Shown: one piece after another, positions 1 to 10,656 of the stretch
Numbering within the stretch: position 1 is the first letter of the stretch
Layout of the letters: each line of letters begins with the position of its first letter
Notes under the pieces: generated by a model
Database searches by the model: none
Seen by the model: only the letters and a program-made list of their open reading frames with translations
Told to the model about the DNA's origin: nothing
NCBI GenBank assembly: GCA_965637545.1
Contig: OZ281497.1
Coordinates: forward strand, 4,650,001 to 4,714,000
Reading direction: 5' to 3'
DNA: 64,000 nt
Source: Phallusia mammillata
Lineage: Eukaryota
Translations under genes and position numbers: made by a program

Positions 1-1
1 C

Positions 2-3000
2 GGACCTTGTTACGATTACAACTCTTGGGGTATTATCGCAAAACCATTCATTATTCTTCTTTCGGTCATTAGTTTGATCAAAGAGGTATTACTTTTGTTT
101 TATTTTTTATTATTGGTGTGTTAAGAGATTTTATCTACCTCCATATCCTAAAGCAAGTCATGTACATTTTTGGATTAATGTGGCATTAGTTGTTTTTGTT
201 AAAACTTTTTATTATTATTGCAGTTATACCAACTTGTGTCCCAAATGGCCTCCTACTTCCAAAGCCTTACCAATCTTCTTGAAGTTTCACTTTACGTTCT
301 CGCAATTTTCACAGTTTATTCTGACACAAACTCGGCTGGCTACTATGGTATCAGAGAGGTGGGTAATTTACCCCCAGAGGTTTTGCAATGAAGTTAACGC
401 TTTCCATATTGTTGCTCACAGGATTGGCAATGGCAGATTGGAGCAGTCAGCATTTTTCTTTCTTGGATGGTTTTGATCATGTTCATACGTAATGTGCCGA
501 CATTTGGAATATACGTTCTAATGTTTACCGAAATCCTTCGTACATTTATGAAGTTCTTTTTTGTCTTTATCCTCTTCATATTGGGGTTCGCGTTCAGTTT
601 TCATTGTTTGCTGCAGAATCAGGTGGGCCATGCTTCTGTGACATGTAATAAAAATGATTAAGACTTGTTTAATTTAGTAAGCTTTAAACATTTTTGACAA
701 GCAGTGATTACAGCATTAAAATACCCTGTAGTGCAGGGGTGGGGAGCCTGCGGCCTTTAAGGGCACTAGGTGCGGCCTTCGATGTCAAAATACAATTTAG
801 GATGTTAACAATACACACTGCACCAGGCACAAAAAAAATAGACAGAAACGTATTTTTTACCTTTATTCCACATTACTATTTGATTGGTTCTAGGGCAGCT
901 GTTTTCAAACTAGAGACAAGTGGTTGCCTACTGGTAAACAAAGCGATTTCCGTAGGTCTGCCAGAGACCCAGTTGTACAATCTTGCATGTGTTGTGAAGA
1001 ACAATTGTTTGCGCATAATCGAATGTCTTAAACTCGTTTGTGATGTCACAACCTGCTCGTAGATTATTATTGATAAACAAGCGAGTTTCTACATTAATAA
1101 AATCCCGAATGTTGTAGTGAGTTGGAAATGCAGTGAGGAACTTTATTTAGCTTGGACTGCAAGTTCAATAGCACATCGACCAGTCTGTAAGTCAAAAAGT
1201 TTGAACACACTGTCCTTGGCCTGGCCAATAGTCTGTGCGATCTAAACGAGTGTCGATAAACCGTTTGGCGGCCTTCACAAACAAAAAGGTTCCCCACCCC
1301 TGCTGTAGTGTATTCATGTGGTAAAGGGTGTGTTATGACGCAGTATGCATTTCGACAATGGTGGGACGCGGTGTTGAGGACTTCTCTTATGATGCTTGGC
1401 GAAATTGGGTTTGAAGACATATTTTTGACAGGAGAGGAGGCAATTGATACTGGAGCGGATGACCACACGATTATTGTTTCTGCCGTAAGTTATTTCTATT
1501 GCATTGGTGGGCGTTTTGTTTTCGACAGTAAACAAACGTTTACTACCACAAACAACGACTTCTTTTTGAAAATATGTCTTAAATTATAACCAGCCTTTTT
1601 ACGAAATGCGCCTTACTGTTTTCTTTTTTCTAAGCTTGTCTAAGTCACTTTGTTGTAAAGTGTTTAAAGAATTTGCACGCACTTTCAAGTCACGTGCGTA
1701 CGTGCAACATGAAAAACAATTCATTAAATGTCCAGCGAAGCTGGTGGTATTTGTTTTAGTTTTTGACGTTATTTTATTTGCCTCCTGTAAAATGCAAAAA
1801 GCTGTACTGAATGGTTACTTTTTACAGGTAAACTACCCAGCGGTATCCTACATCCTCTTTGTACTCTCTCTTATCATATTAAGCATCATCATCATGAATT
1901 TGCTGGTAAAACTATTGTACTGCCATAAAGTAAAATACGGATGCAGTAAATAATCTTTTCATACATGCAGGTCGGTCTAGCTGTTGACGACATCCAAAGC
2001 ATCCAAGAAAACGCTAAACTAACTAGATGTACAATGCAGGTACTTGTGATACAATTAACTGCGACCCTAAGACCCAAAGTACTACAAAGCTCTGTAGCCA
2101 AATAAAAATATAGTTGGCAAAAAGCAGTGGTTGGTAATGCATTAGAGAATTACGTGTATTATTTTTGTTGTTGTGTTGATTTTATCTTTTACCACAGCAT
2201 ACAATGTATTTTTTTCTACAATCTGATTTGCAGGTAAAGCTGTTTCTGGATGTGGAATATAAATTACCCTCGTTTATTCGACATCGGGTTATCCGGAAAG
2301 AGCGGAAGTTGTTCCCAAACAAACACAGCAAAAGATCATTTTTCATACGATGGTTTAATTCCGAAGACAATTTGAATTCTTCGACTATTGGCTCCTTTTT
2401 GGAAGAGGTGGCTAAAAACGCATCTTTTACTGTCTGCTATATAATATGCTTTTTAATGGTGATAGTAATCTAATTTGCTGTCTGTAATGTAACCTAGTTA
2501 TCGAAAGTAAAAATGTTGCTAAAGTGTTCGGATAATTCATGCAACGAGTCGATAAACTGAATGTACATTTTTTTTTAGAACAAGAGCCTTGAGTTAGAAC
2601 AGCAGGCCGAGTCACCAGACCGATGTGTCGAATCACTGGTAGGGAAGGTCGAATCCCTGGTTGAGAAGGCAAACTACTTGGATGACAAAAAATCCTTGGA
2701 AGAAAAAGTCGAATCCCTGGGCGAGAAGGCCAATTCTGTAGGTGAGAAAGTCGAATCCTTGCAAGGGCAGGCCAAATCCCTTGATCGCAGAGTCGCATCC
2801 CTGGATGGAAAAGTCGAGTCCATGGATGGCAGAGTCAAATCCTTGGATGGTAAAGTCGAGTCCCTGGATAGTAAAGTCGAATCCATGGATGGTAAAGTCG
2901 AGTCCTTGGATGGTAAAGTCGAGTCCCTTGATGAGAAAGTGGAGTCTCTGAAAAGTATGATGTCAGCGATCTTGTCACATTTCAATATTGGTGAAAAAGA

Positions 3001-3031
3001 CAAAAGTGAGACAAGTCTTGTCACGATTTGA
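2..3031 (+). CDS. TRPA1: TRPA1-like cation channel, 3' part (S2/S3 through S6, TRP-like helix, C-terminal coiled coil); exons 2-85, 224-358, 422-622, 1344-1484, 1828-1905, 1971-2039, 2234-2407, 2579-3031; 5' part lies outside the window
   Basis: All junctions are GT-AG and phase 0, giving about 444 aa of open frame. WQIGAVSIFLSWMVLIMFIRNVPTFGIYVLMFTEILRTF (S4-S5), SLMMLGE (pore) and IMNLLVGLAVDDIQSIQENAKLTRCTMQV (S6/TRP-like helix) match TRPA1 family motifs. Confidence 0.9.
734..1302. mobile_element. hAT-type MITE in TRPA1 intron
   Basis: TIRs caggggtggggagcc / ggttccccacccctg; perfect 8-bp TSD ctgtagtg (726-733, 1303-1310). Confidence 0.9.
2630..2950 (+). repeat. Coding 21-nt tandem repeat (KVESLDG heptads) in the last TRPA1 exon
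   Basis: Repeating aaagtcga(g/a)tcc(c/a/t)tggatgg units; about 15-16 heptads in frame. Confidence 0.9.
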
Positions 3032-3384
3032 TTTTGTCTATTTGGCTTCTAGATTATTTGGATTTTGCAACAAACTAACAAGAAAAAATGTGCTATATTA
3101 TCAAATTTATCGCGTGAAATTTATTAAGCCAATATAGCATATTCAAAAAAGTTATTGTAAACTCTATGATGGTATTTGTTTAAACAACTTTAAATGTAAC
3201 TTTAATGTGGGTTTACATTTTGCGAGCACAAATTATGTGGTGAGTCGTGTAATTTAAAATGATTTGTTGGCAATATTGTGATACTGTGAATGTAGTGATT
3301 CAAACAGTTTTATTGTGTGTTTTTTACATTCCGAGTTAGACAGGCGTTGGATAGCTACAACTTACCCAGGAGTTGTGACACACC

Positions 3385-3573
3385 CAGTGGTGGGATACAG
3401 ACGGTTCGCACCGGTTCTGGAGAACCGTCTCACGAAATTTTATAAGATCAGCATTTCTGGTTACTGTCAATGGATTTTCGCATCTTATCTAAAACACCGA
3501 TTTTTGAGTTTCGACTGAAAAATACTACTTTTGTGCTAGAACCGACTGACAACAAATTTAAATCTCACTCCAG
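3385..3573. mobile_element. Short degenerate hAT-type MITE
   Basis: 5' cagtggtgggat, degenerate 3' atctcactccag, subterminal agaaccg; 8-bp TSD gacacacc (3377-3384, 3574-3581). Confidence 0.7.
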
Positions 3574-6500
3574 GACACACCTAGCATAAAACGTGTTAAA
3601 AATAAGGAGTTAGTTCTGATGCAAACAGTTTGGTCGGGTAGATATCCACATTATATACAAGACACTTGACGTAGGTGTGTATTTGTAATAAATCAAGGCA
3701 AAATATTAGTTTTAACAACCCAAGGCTGCCAAGTTGGTGAAACGCCAAATCATTGTCACAAAGATCGTTGTTGCAACTATACCACAGGGTAACGTGCAAA
3801 ATCTTGGTAATATGCCTAACTACATTTCTACTGATTTTTTATTGTGGCCTGGGATTTTGACTGGCCTGTAGGCACGTGCCTACTTTGCCTAATGGTTAAT
3901 CCAGCACTGCATTCGGCGCAGGTTCAATCCAGTTGTTACGCAGAAAAACGCTCCGTAGGCGATCACTTGCTCATTTTTATGCACGCCTGAAATAAGTCAA
4001 CTCGAAAGCACAGAGAAAAAATAAAACAATCAAACTTGCGCAATGCGCAGGTTTAAGCACTCGCTTCGCGCAGTGAAAACGTACCTTTATCCCTAAGCAC
4101 TCGTTATAACAACAGTCTGATTGCCAACGCTGGTGGTAATCTGCAATACTCTTACATCAAGTCAGCAGTGTTACATACAATCAAGTGCATCTTTGAAAAA
4201 CAATGCACGCAACAAGTTACGAAGGCCATTTCTTAATGCAAAGGCTCCATGTTAACTGAATCTATAACGCATCATTTAAAACCAAACTGAAGTTTGTGCG
4301 GCGTCATTTTGACTTTATATTAGTTAAATAGGTCTCTAAGATAGTTGAAAAACAGTATATTATTCCGTACAATTGAGTTGAAAATAACAGTCTTAAAATA
4401 TAGTACCATTTGTAAGAGTTGCTGATTATCCCACCTTTTTTTGAGATGTCTATGTGTGAGTTACATCTGGTCACGGCTGAGCACGACAGCAACAGCACGT
4501 ATTGTTGGCGATTTTGCGACTTGCGTGTTTTGCACTCGAACTTTGTGGACCAGTGAGTGGCTTGTTACTTTAGTTTTCCAACAGTATATGCAAGTGAGTG
4601 CTACAGTTTAGGATTTTCCAAACCATCAATCGAAACATGTATTGTTTAATGTAGCGGTAAATAGATATTGGACACTAGCAAATTTTAAGAACTCCTCCTT
4701 AAACTTACCAGACCAACTTTTAATTAGCTATATTTTTGCGTAGTCATTAAAAAGTGCCTGTATTTGTAGAGTTGTACAGTTATATTTACATTTTTTTTTT
4801 GAACATACACATTGATTTTTTATGAATATCCTGCTACTAAAATGTGTTTACAACAAAAACATAATTGTTCTAAACAAAAATAAAATATTTCAAATGTTTT
4901 TCAGATCGTCCAGGTAATATATAGGAAATTTACTTAAATGCTAATGTGTGTTAAAAAATGTGATTGAAGAAACAATAAAAACATATTTGGATGTATAGAA
5001 GACATAAGGTTGTATGCATGACAATCGATATACTACAGCAGGGGTGGACAATATTTTCAACCTAGGACACTAACTTACTTGTTTTTACAAAACGGTTTGA
5101 ATGCCTTTTCTGTGTTTTTCTGTGTTAACAACTTTTCTGTGTTTAACATGTTTTGCAAACATGTATGTCTTGGTAAGGGATTGAATTTTCACATTACAGT
5201 CATTAGACACTTATTGTATAGACTGTGGGATTAGGAGTTAACATTTGTAAAGGGTATTTTTCGAACCTTTTTTGGCATTTTGTAATGTGAACAAGCCTAA
5301 ATGTACCAAATTCAGCATTGATCCAAGTCAATACTAGCCATTGTCATGTTTTATAATACACTATAAAAATGCTGAGCAATGCTCAAGATAAACAATACAT
5401 CTAACCAGTCTCTGCTATTTATCAGGTCCATAAAAATATATGCCTCCATAACCAGTAAACTCTACTTTAAACTATTGTTTTCTTGCTCTGTGTAAATTAA
5501 AACAATCACTTAGTTGTTTGTAGTAAACACATTATGTTAGAGATTTGTAGGTTAATTATACTCTTCTTTTTCACCAGGACTGTATGAATGATTTGGAAAA
5601 CTGAAAGTTTTGAAAAGTCCTGGAGCAAAGGTGAAATCCATAACCAGTAAGTTATCTAAATATTTTTTTTTCAATATAAGCAAGTTCGGTTCAAGTCTTT
5701 CTTTAAAAAGTGTTGCATAGATTACCTACACCCAAAGGTTCTTGCTTATTGTATTGTGTGATAACAGGTAGTCATTACTTGAAAGTCAGCTGCCTTGCTT
5801 CTTTTTGTATAAATTATCTAATCTTCAATTGTAATTAGTTTTGTTCACTAAAACTGTTAAACTGTTATGGGGACAATGTCACTTAATGCCCTAAATCTGA
5901 AGTATTTAAACCGATTATAAATTCAAACAATTTTAAGGCAAAAATGATTCAAATGGCTTTATGGCAGATATTGTTTTTGTCTTCATTTTTTGTCTAATGA
6001 TGCTGTATTTTGCCTGTTAGGTCAAGAAAAAGTGCTTTAAATGTATTCAAGTTAACACACAATGTTTTATAGCCATTTAATCAAAATTCAACCATTGTTA
6101 ACCCAGAGGTTCCTCAAATGCGCCAATTTAAAAACTATTTGCTTTTAATTCATATACTGTTGGTTATCTTTTAGTCGAATTCACCCTTTTTACCCATTAG
6201 TCTGAAACTGTTAATAGTTTTTATGAAGTGTGTATTGTTGAAAGTTTTAGTTCAATCTGCTTAGTGGTTACATGTACAGTCCTGTATATCTGTTTAAGCC
6301 ACTTATCTTAAGGCACTGCCACCGAAGTCCTAAGGAAGTGATTTTCTGGGTTACATTTGTAGCAGTTTAAGCAGGTCGTCCTATACCTCTTACATTTTAT
6401 AAAATATACTATTATAGGTGTTGATTGTTGTGTTTTACCCTGTAGCCCAACATTTCCCCAACTATCCTGCCGGGCTCCTATACAGTACACAAACTATAAA

Positions 6501-6839
6501 ATCTAAACCTATTATATATATCAAATCTCAGCATATTACATACAAACTATAAAATCTAAATATAATATATATGCACCATCTATGCAATGTACTCAAACTA
6601 AAAAATCTAAGCAGAGTATACACATAGCAAACTAGCAATCTACACAACAATGGCAGCTTGTGCTTAAAATAAGTGGGTTCTTTTTTTTTTTGTTATGATT
6701 CAAAATCAAACTAAATTCATTGTCTAAATTCAGAAAACTGGTGGTCTTTAACATGAATTCGATTGGCTAATTTGAAGAAACCTTTTGGATTCTAACAAAT
6801 TCTGGTGTCACAATTCTTGCTGAATGCAATTATTTAAAG

Positions 6840-7290
6840 GAGTAGTTCTCAACCTTTTTATATTTGCGCACCCTTTTCTATATTGTAATCTAATTGCGGA
6901 CCCCTTGGAGTAGTATTGTACTTTTTTCATTATCAACTGAAAAAAACATACTGCATAAAATAGCAACCACTTTCGGTCCAGAAATTTGAATCAATTTGTT
7001 TGCATTGCGACCTCATGAATAAACAAGAAAGACCCATAGCATTGTGATGTTGTTTGCTGCTGACAATTTACGTCTGTTGCATGACAATAGGGTTTTAATG
7101 TTGCATTTTGGTTTGTCGCCTATAAAGAATGATTTTAAACAAGTTTCATGGTATTTTGAAAAACTGAAGCATTTTTTCTAAATTGCGATTTATTAATCTT
7201 ATTGTGCACAAATTGGGAAGTTGTAGCAGGCCCCCTGAAAAGGCTTTGCAGACACCTAGGGGTCCGCAGACCTCTGGTTGAAAACCACTG
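6840..7290. mobile_element. hAT-type MITE (left-arm copy)
   Basis: TIRs gagtagttctcaacc / ggttgaaaaccactg; TSD atttaaag (6832-6839, 7291-7298). Confidence 0.85.
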
Positions 7291-7329
7291 ATTTAAAGTT
7301 TACATAAAAGATAAAGTGTTTGAATTTTT

Positions 7330-7968
7330 TGGACAGTTTGGACAATATTTTACAGGACTGTTCATTGGGTCATTGTGGTTGCATATTTTATACGTTTGGG
7401 TGTAGAACCCCATCAGTCAACCCACCAGCCCCCCCAAAATGGGTGAGGGTTTAAACAGTGTTTGTATAGCTTGTAGAATATGCTATTTATAGATATTGAT
7501 TGTTTTGTGCAACCCCTAATCACCCACATTCACCCAACCATCCCCTAAAATGAGTGAGTTATTGTAACAGTGTCAGAACGGACTAAAAGTTGTATAGCTT
7601 GTAGAATATGCCATTTGTAGGTGCTGATTGTTGTATTCAACCCTATAGCTCCCACATTTACCTAACTGGTCCCCTAAAATGGGTGAATTGTTTTTAAACA
7701 GTGTCAGAATTGACTGAAAATTGTATAGCTTGTACAGTATGCCATTTATGGGTGTTGATTGTTGTGTTCAATCCTTTAGCCCCTACATTTACCTAACCGG
7801 CCCCCTAAAATGTTTGACTTGATTAAACAATGTTTGATTTGCTAAAATTTGTATAGCTTGTAGAATTTGTTATTTATAGGTGTTAATTTGTTGTGTTCCA
7901 CATTTACCCAACCAGCTCCCTAAAAGGAGTGAATGTTTTGAAATTAAAGGCTAAGCCACTCTTCTAGT
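7330..7968 (-). repeat. Helentron/HINE-like element with ~128-bp tandem units
   Basis: ttgtatagcttgtag recurs at 7462, 7590, 7721, 7849; family terminus ctaagccactcttctagt ends at 7968. The class assignment is inference. Confidence 0.6.
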
Positions 7969-9379
7969 AAACTTAACAGAGTTCATCAGGCGATTGTATA
8001 TTGGCAATTACAATTCCTATTGCCTAAACAGCAATACGCTCGATAGTGATGATAGTTTGTAGAAACAGTAATAATAGGTAAGTGCTACATATTACTGTTT
8101 ATACCTGTAGTCACCAAACTACAGCCCTTTTTTCGTCCTCAAACAGTACTTGAGTTGGTTTAAAACGGTATGAAACAACTTAGTAATATATTTTGTTAAG
8201 CATACAATTCATTAACGGTTGTGAACACCTGTTATATATGCTTTTGACATGGTATGAACTTTATTTAAATCACAATAGTCAATGGTCCCTATAGAACAAT
8301 TTCTGAGTAATTGTCATCCTTGCTAAATTTATAAAATGAAGCTTGAGTTAGTTATTTTGGGTCCTCTTCCCTTAAGGCAGGGGTCGCCAACCCGCGGCTC
8401 CGTAGCCGCATGTGGCTCTTTGATCCCTCTGATGCGGCTCAGTTTTTGAAAATACCAGATGTTTTGTTACACTTTCTTTGATGATTATGCCGAACACAAA
8501 GTTGAAAATGAAAATTGCATTGCAATAACATAGCAAATCCGCGTCTAGCAGCTACAATTAACCATGTCTATACCATGAAATGTTAAGTTTAAAAGTAGCA
8601 AACTGGCGAAGTGCAGGTTCACACACAATGTTAGGTTATAGTTTTGGAAGTGTTCAAATTTACATGATAAATAGAACTTTATTATGCTTAAATTTTAGAA
8701 ACCAAATTTCCATTCTATTTAACGAAACAAATGTATGTTTTCACTCTCTATTTTGTATATTTCAGACAATTTATGTTTTGCCCCTATTTCCACTGTATTA
8801 TTTTAGACACCAAATTGTTTCATTGTGTTTTATGGTGTATAAATAGGTTCAACAACTTATGTTTTATGTGGACTTTAAACAGTCCCTTTTTCCAATTTTT
8901 TCTGGCATGCAGCTTTTCAAGTGCTCATGAAACTTTGATACAGTTTCATGTGCACTTAAAACGCTGCATGCAAAAAAAACAAAAACACAACTGTTAAACA
9001 CTGTGAAACTGAAGCTGTGTAGCTCACAACCCCACCATAAATAACTTAATGTTCCAATACATTTTAATTTTGACAAGAGTTGCCGATCATGGTTATGTAA
9101 TGTGGTACGAACCACTGCATAAGATAATATTAGCCCCCCCCAAAAGTATCTGATATTAAAAACGTATTGTTAATGTGATTACAAACTGTGACCAAACCTT
9201 ATTAGCTGTATTTGAAGTTGATTAGTAGTTTGCATCAATTTTGTAGTTTGCTTAGATTGTTAACATAGCATATTTTAGATGCGCCTCCTGAGTTGGGGGA
9301 TGTTTTCGAACAATTTCTAAAAGCCTAATGACATCATAAGCATTAAGGGTTGTTGCTTAAAACACCTCTGGTGGTCAAA

Positions 9380-10656
9380 TTTTTTTGGACAGTTTGGACA
9401 ATATTTTACAGGACTGTTCATTGGGTCATTGTGGTTGCATATTTTATACGTTTGGGTGTAGAACCCCATCAGTCAACCCACCAGCCCCCTAAAAAGGGTG
9501 ACGGTTTAAACAGTGTTTGTATAGCTTGTAGAATATGCTATTTATAGATACTGATTGTTTTGTACAACCCTTAATCCTATAGCTCCCACATTTACCTAAC
9601 TGGCCCCCTAGAATGGGTGATTTTTTTTAAACAGTGTCATAATTGATTGAAAATTGTATAGCTTGTAGAGTATGTCATTTATGGGTGTTGTTTGTTGTGT
9701 TTAATCCTTTAGCCCCTACATTTACCTAACCGGCCCCCTAAAATTTTTGACTTGATTAAACAATGTTTGATTTGCTAAAATTTGTATAGCTTGTAGAATT
9801 TGTTATTTATAGGTGTTAATTTGTTGTTGTTGCGTTAAGCCAACATGGTTGTTTACAACAAACTCCCATCGGTTTCCTAACCGTCTGTACAAAGACGTTA
9901 TGTAATTGGCCCTCAGGCCAGGTCAGATAACTGACCATGCTGTACGTGGAGGAGAAATCTCTTTCTGTGGCCGTACTTTCCCAAATCACGCTAGAAACGT
10001 TGTATTTCAAAAGAAGCTTACTAATTTCATGTAATTAATAAACCGCAATTATTTGGTCGTTGTATCGCCCGATTGTATCGGCCTGAAGGCACGCCAATTT
10101 GTTGGCGCCATCGTCTTGCATTTTTACGCCCACCGCATTGTATATATGTCTTTGTTTTATGTTATGTTAGTCAGTGTTGTTTCTCGGGCATTGGTAAAGT
10201 TCGCGTGTTGAATGTAGTTGCTTTGAGCATAGTGCCAGATTATTGTTATTTTGGCAGTTTAATGTTTTAGCATTACGTCTATTGTATCATAATCGTTTGG
10301 GTGTTACTTATATTAAAATCGCTTGGTGGAGTGGAACTAGGTTTTGTTTATAGACAGGTTTTCTCTTTATAATATAATTTAATCTTAGCTAAAATACACA
10401 AGTCTTACACAAAAGCCATAAGCGAACTATAGTGAACTCACGCAATAATAAGCATAAGCTTGAGAAATAATCTACATTAACGTAAGATTACACTCTAAAC
10501 TAAGTGGCGTTCTATGATAGCTTAAATAACTAATTTAGACTAAAAAGGTTAGTTAGAAACGTTACATTTGTGTTCCACATTTACCCAACCTGCTCCTTAA
10601 AATGAGTGAATATTTTGAAATTAAAAGCTAAGCCACTCTTCTAGTAAACTTAACAG
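9380..10656 (-). repeat. Direct paralog of 7325-7979, lacking one ~128-bp unit and interrupted by a solo-LTR-like insert
   Basis: Same sequence as left-arm segment, resuming at 10567 after the insert. Confidence 0.85.
9828..10566. mobile_element. Probable solo LTR (739 bp)
   Basis: Starts TGTTGCG, ends CGTTACA; absent from the paralog at ~7890; 5-bp TSD gttgt/tttgt (one mismatch); aataaa near 10037. Confidence 0.6.

Larger units (their letters stand above)
5725..8248 (+). repeat. Left arm of a ~2.5-kb near-perfect inverted duplication
   Basis: Reverse complement of 10656-13286 apart from a handful of SNPs, a 13-bp indel and a ~120-bp indel. Confidence 0.95.

Noticed and set aside
694-1062. 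122-aa ORF in the TRPA1 intron
   Set aside because: Lies almost wholly inside a TSD-flanked MITE; no transposase motifs.
2427-3024. Antisense and alternative-frame ORFs over the heptad repeat
   Set aside because: Shadows of a stop-poor 21-nt repeat; only the + frame splices to TRPA1.
3830-3909. MITE-like 3' end (ggttaatccagcactg)
   Set aside because: No matching 5' TIR or TSD found.
8378-8460. hAT-like 5' end caggggtcgccaacc
   Set aside because: No partner TIR or TSD located, so boundaries cannot be supported.
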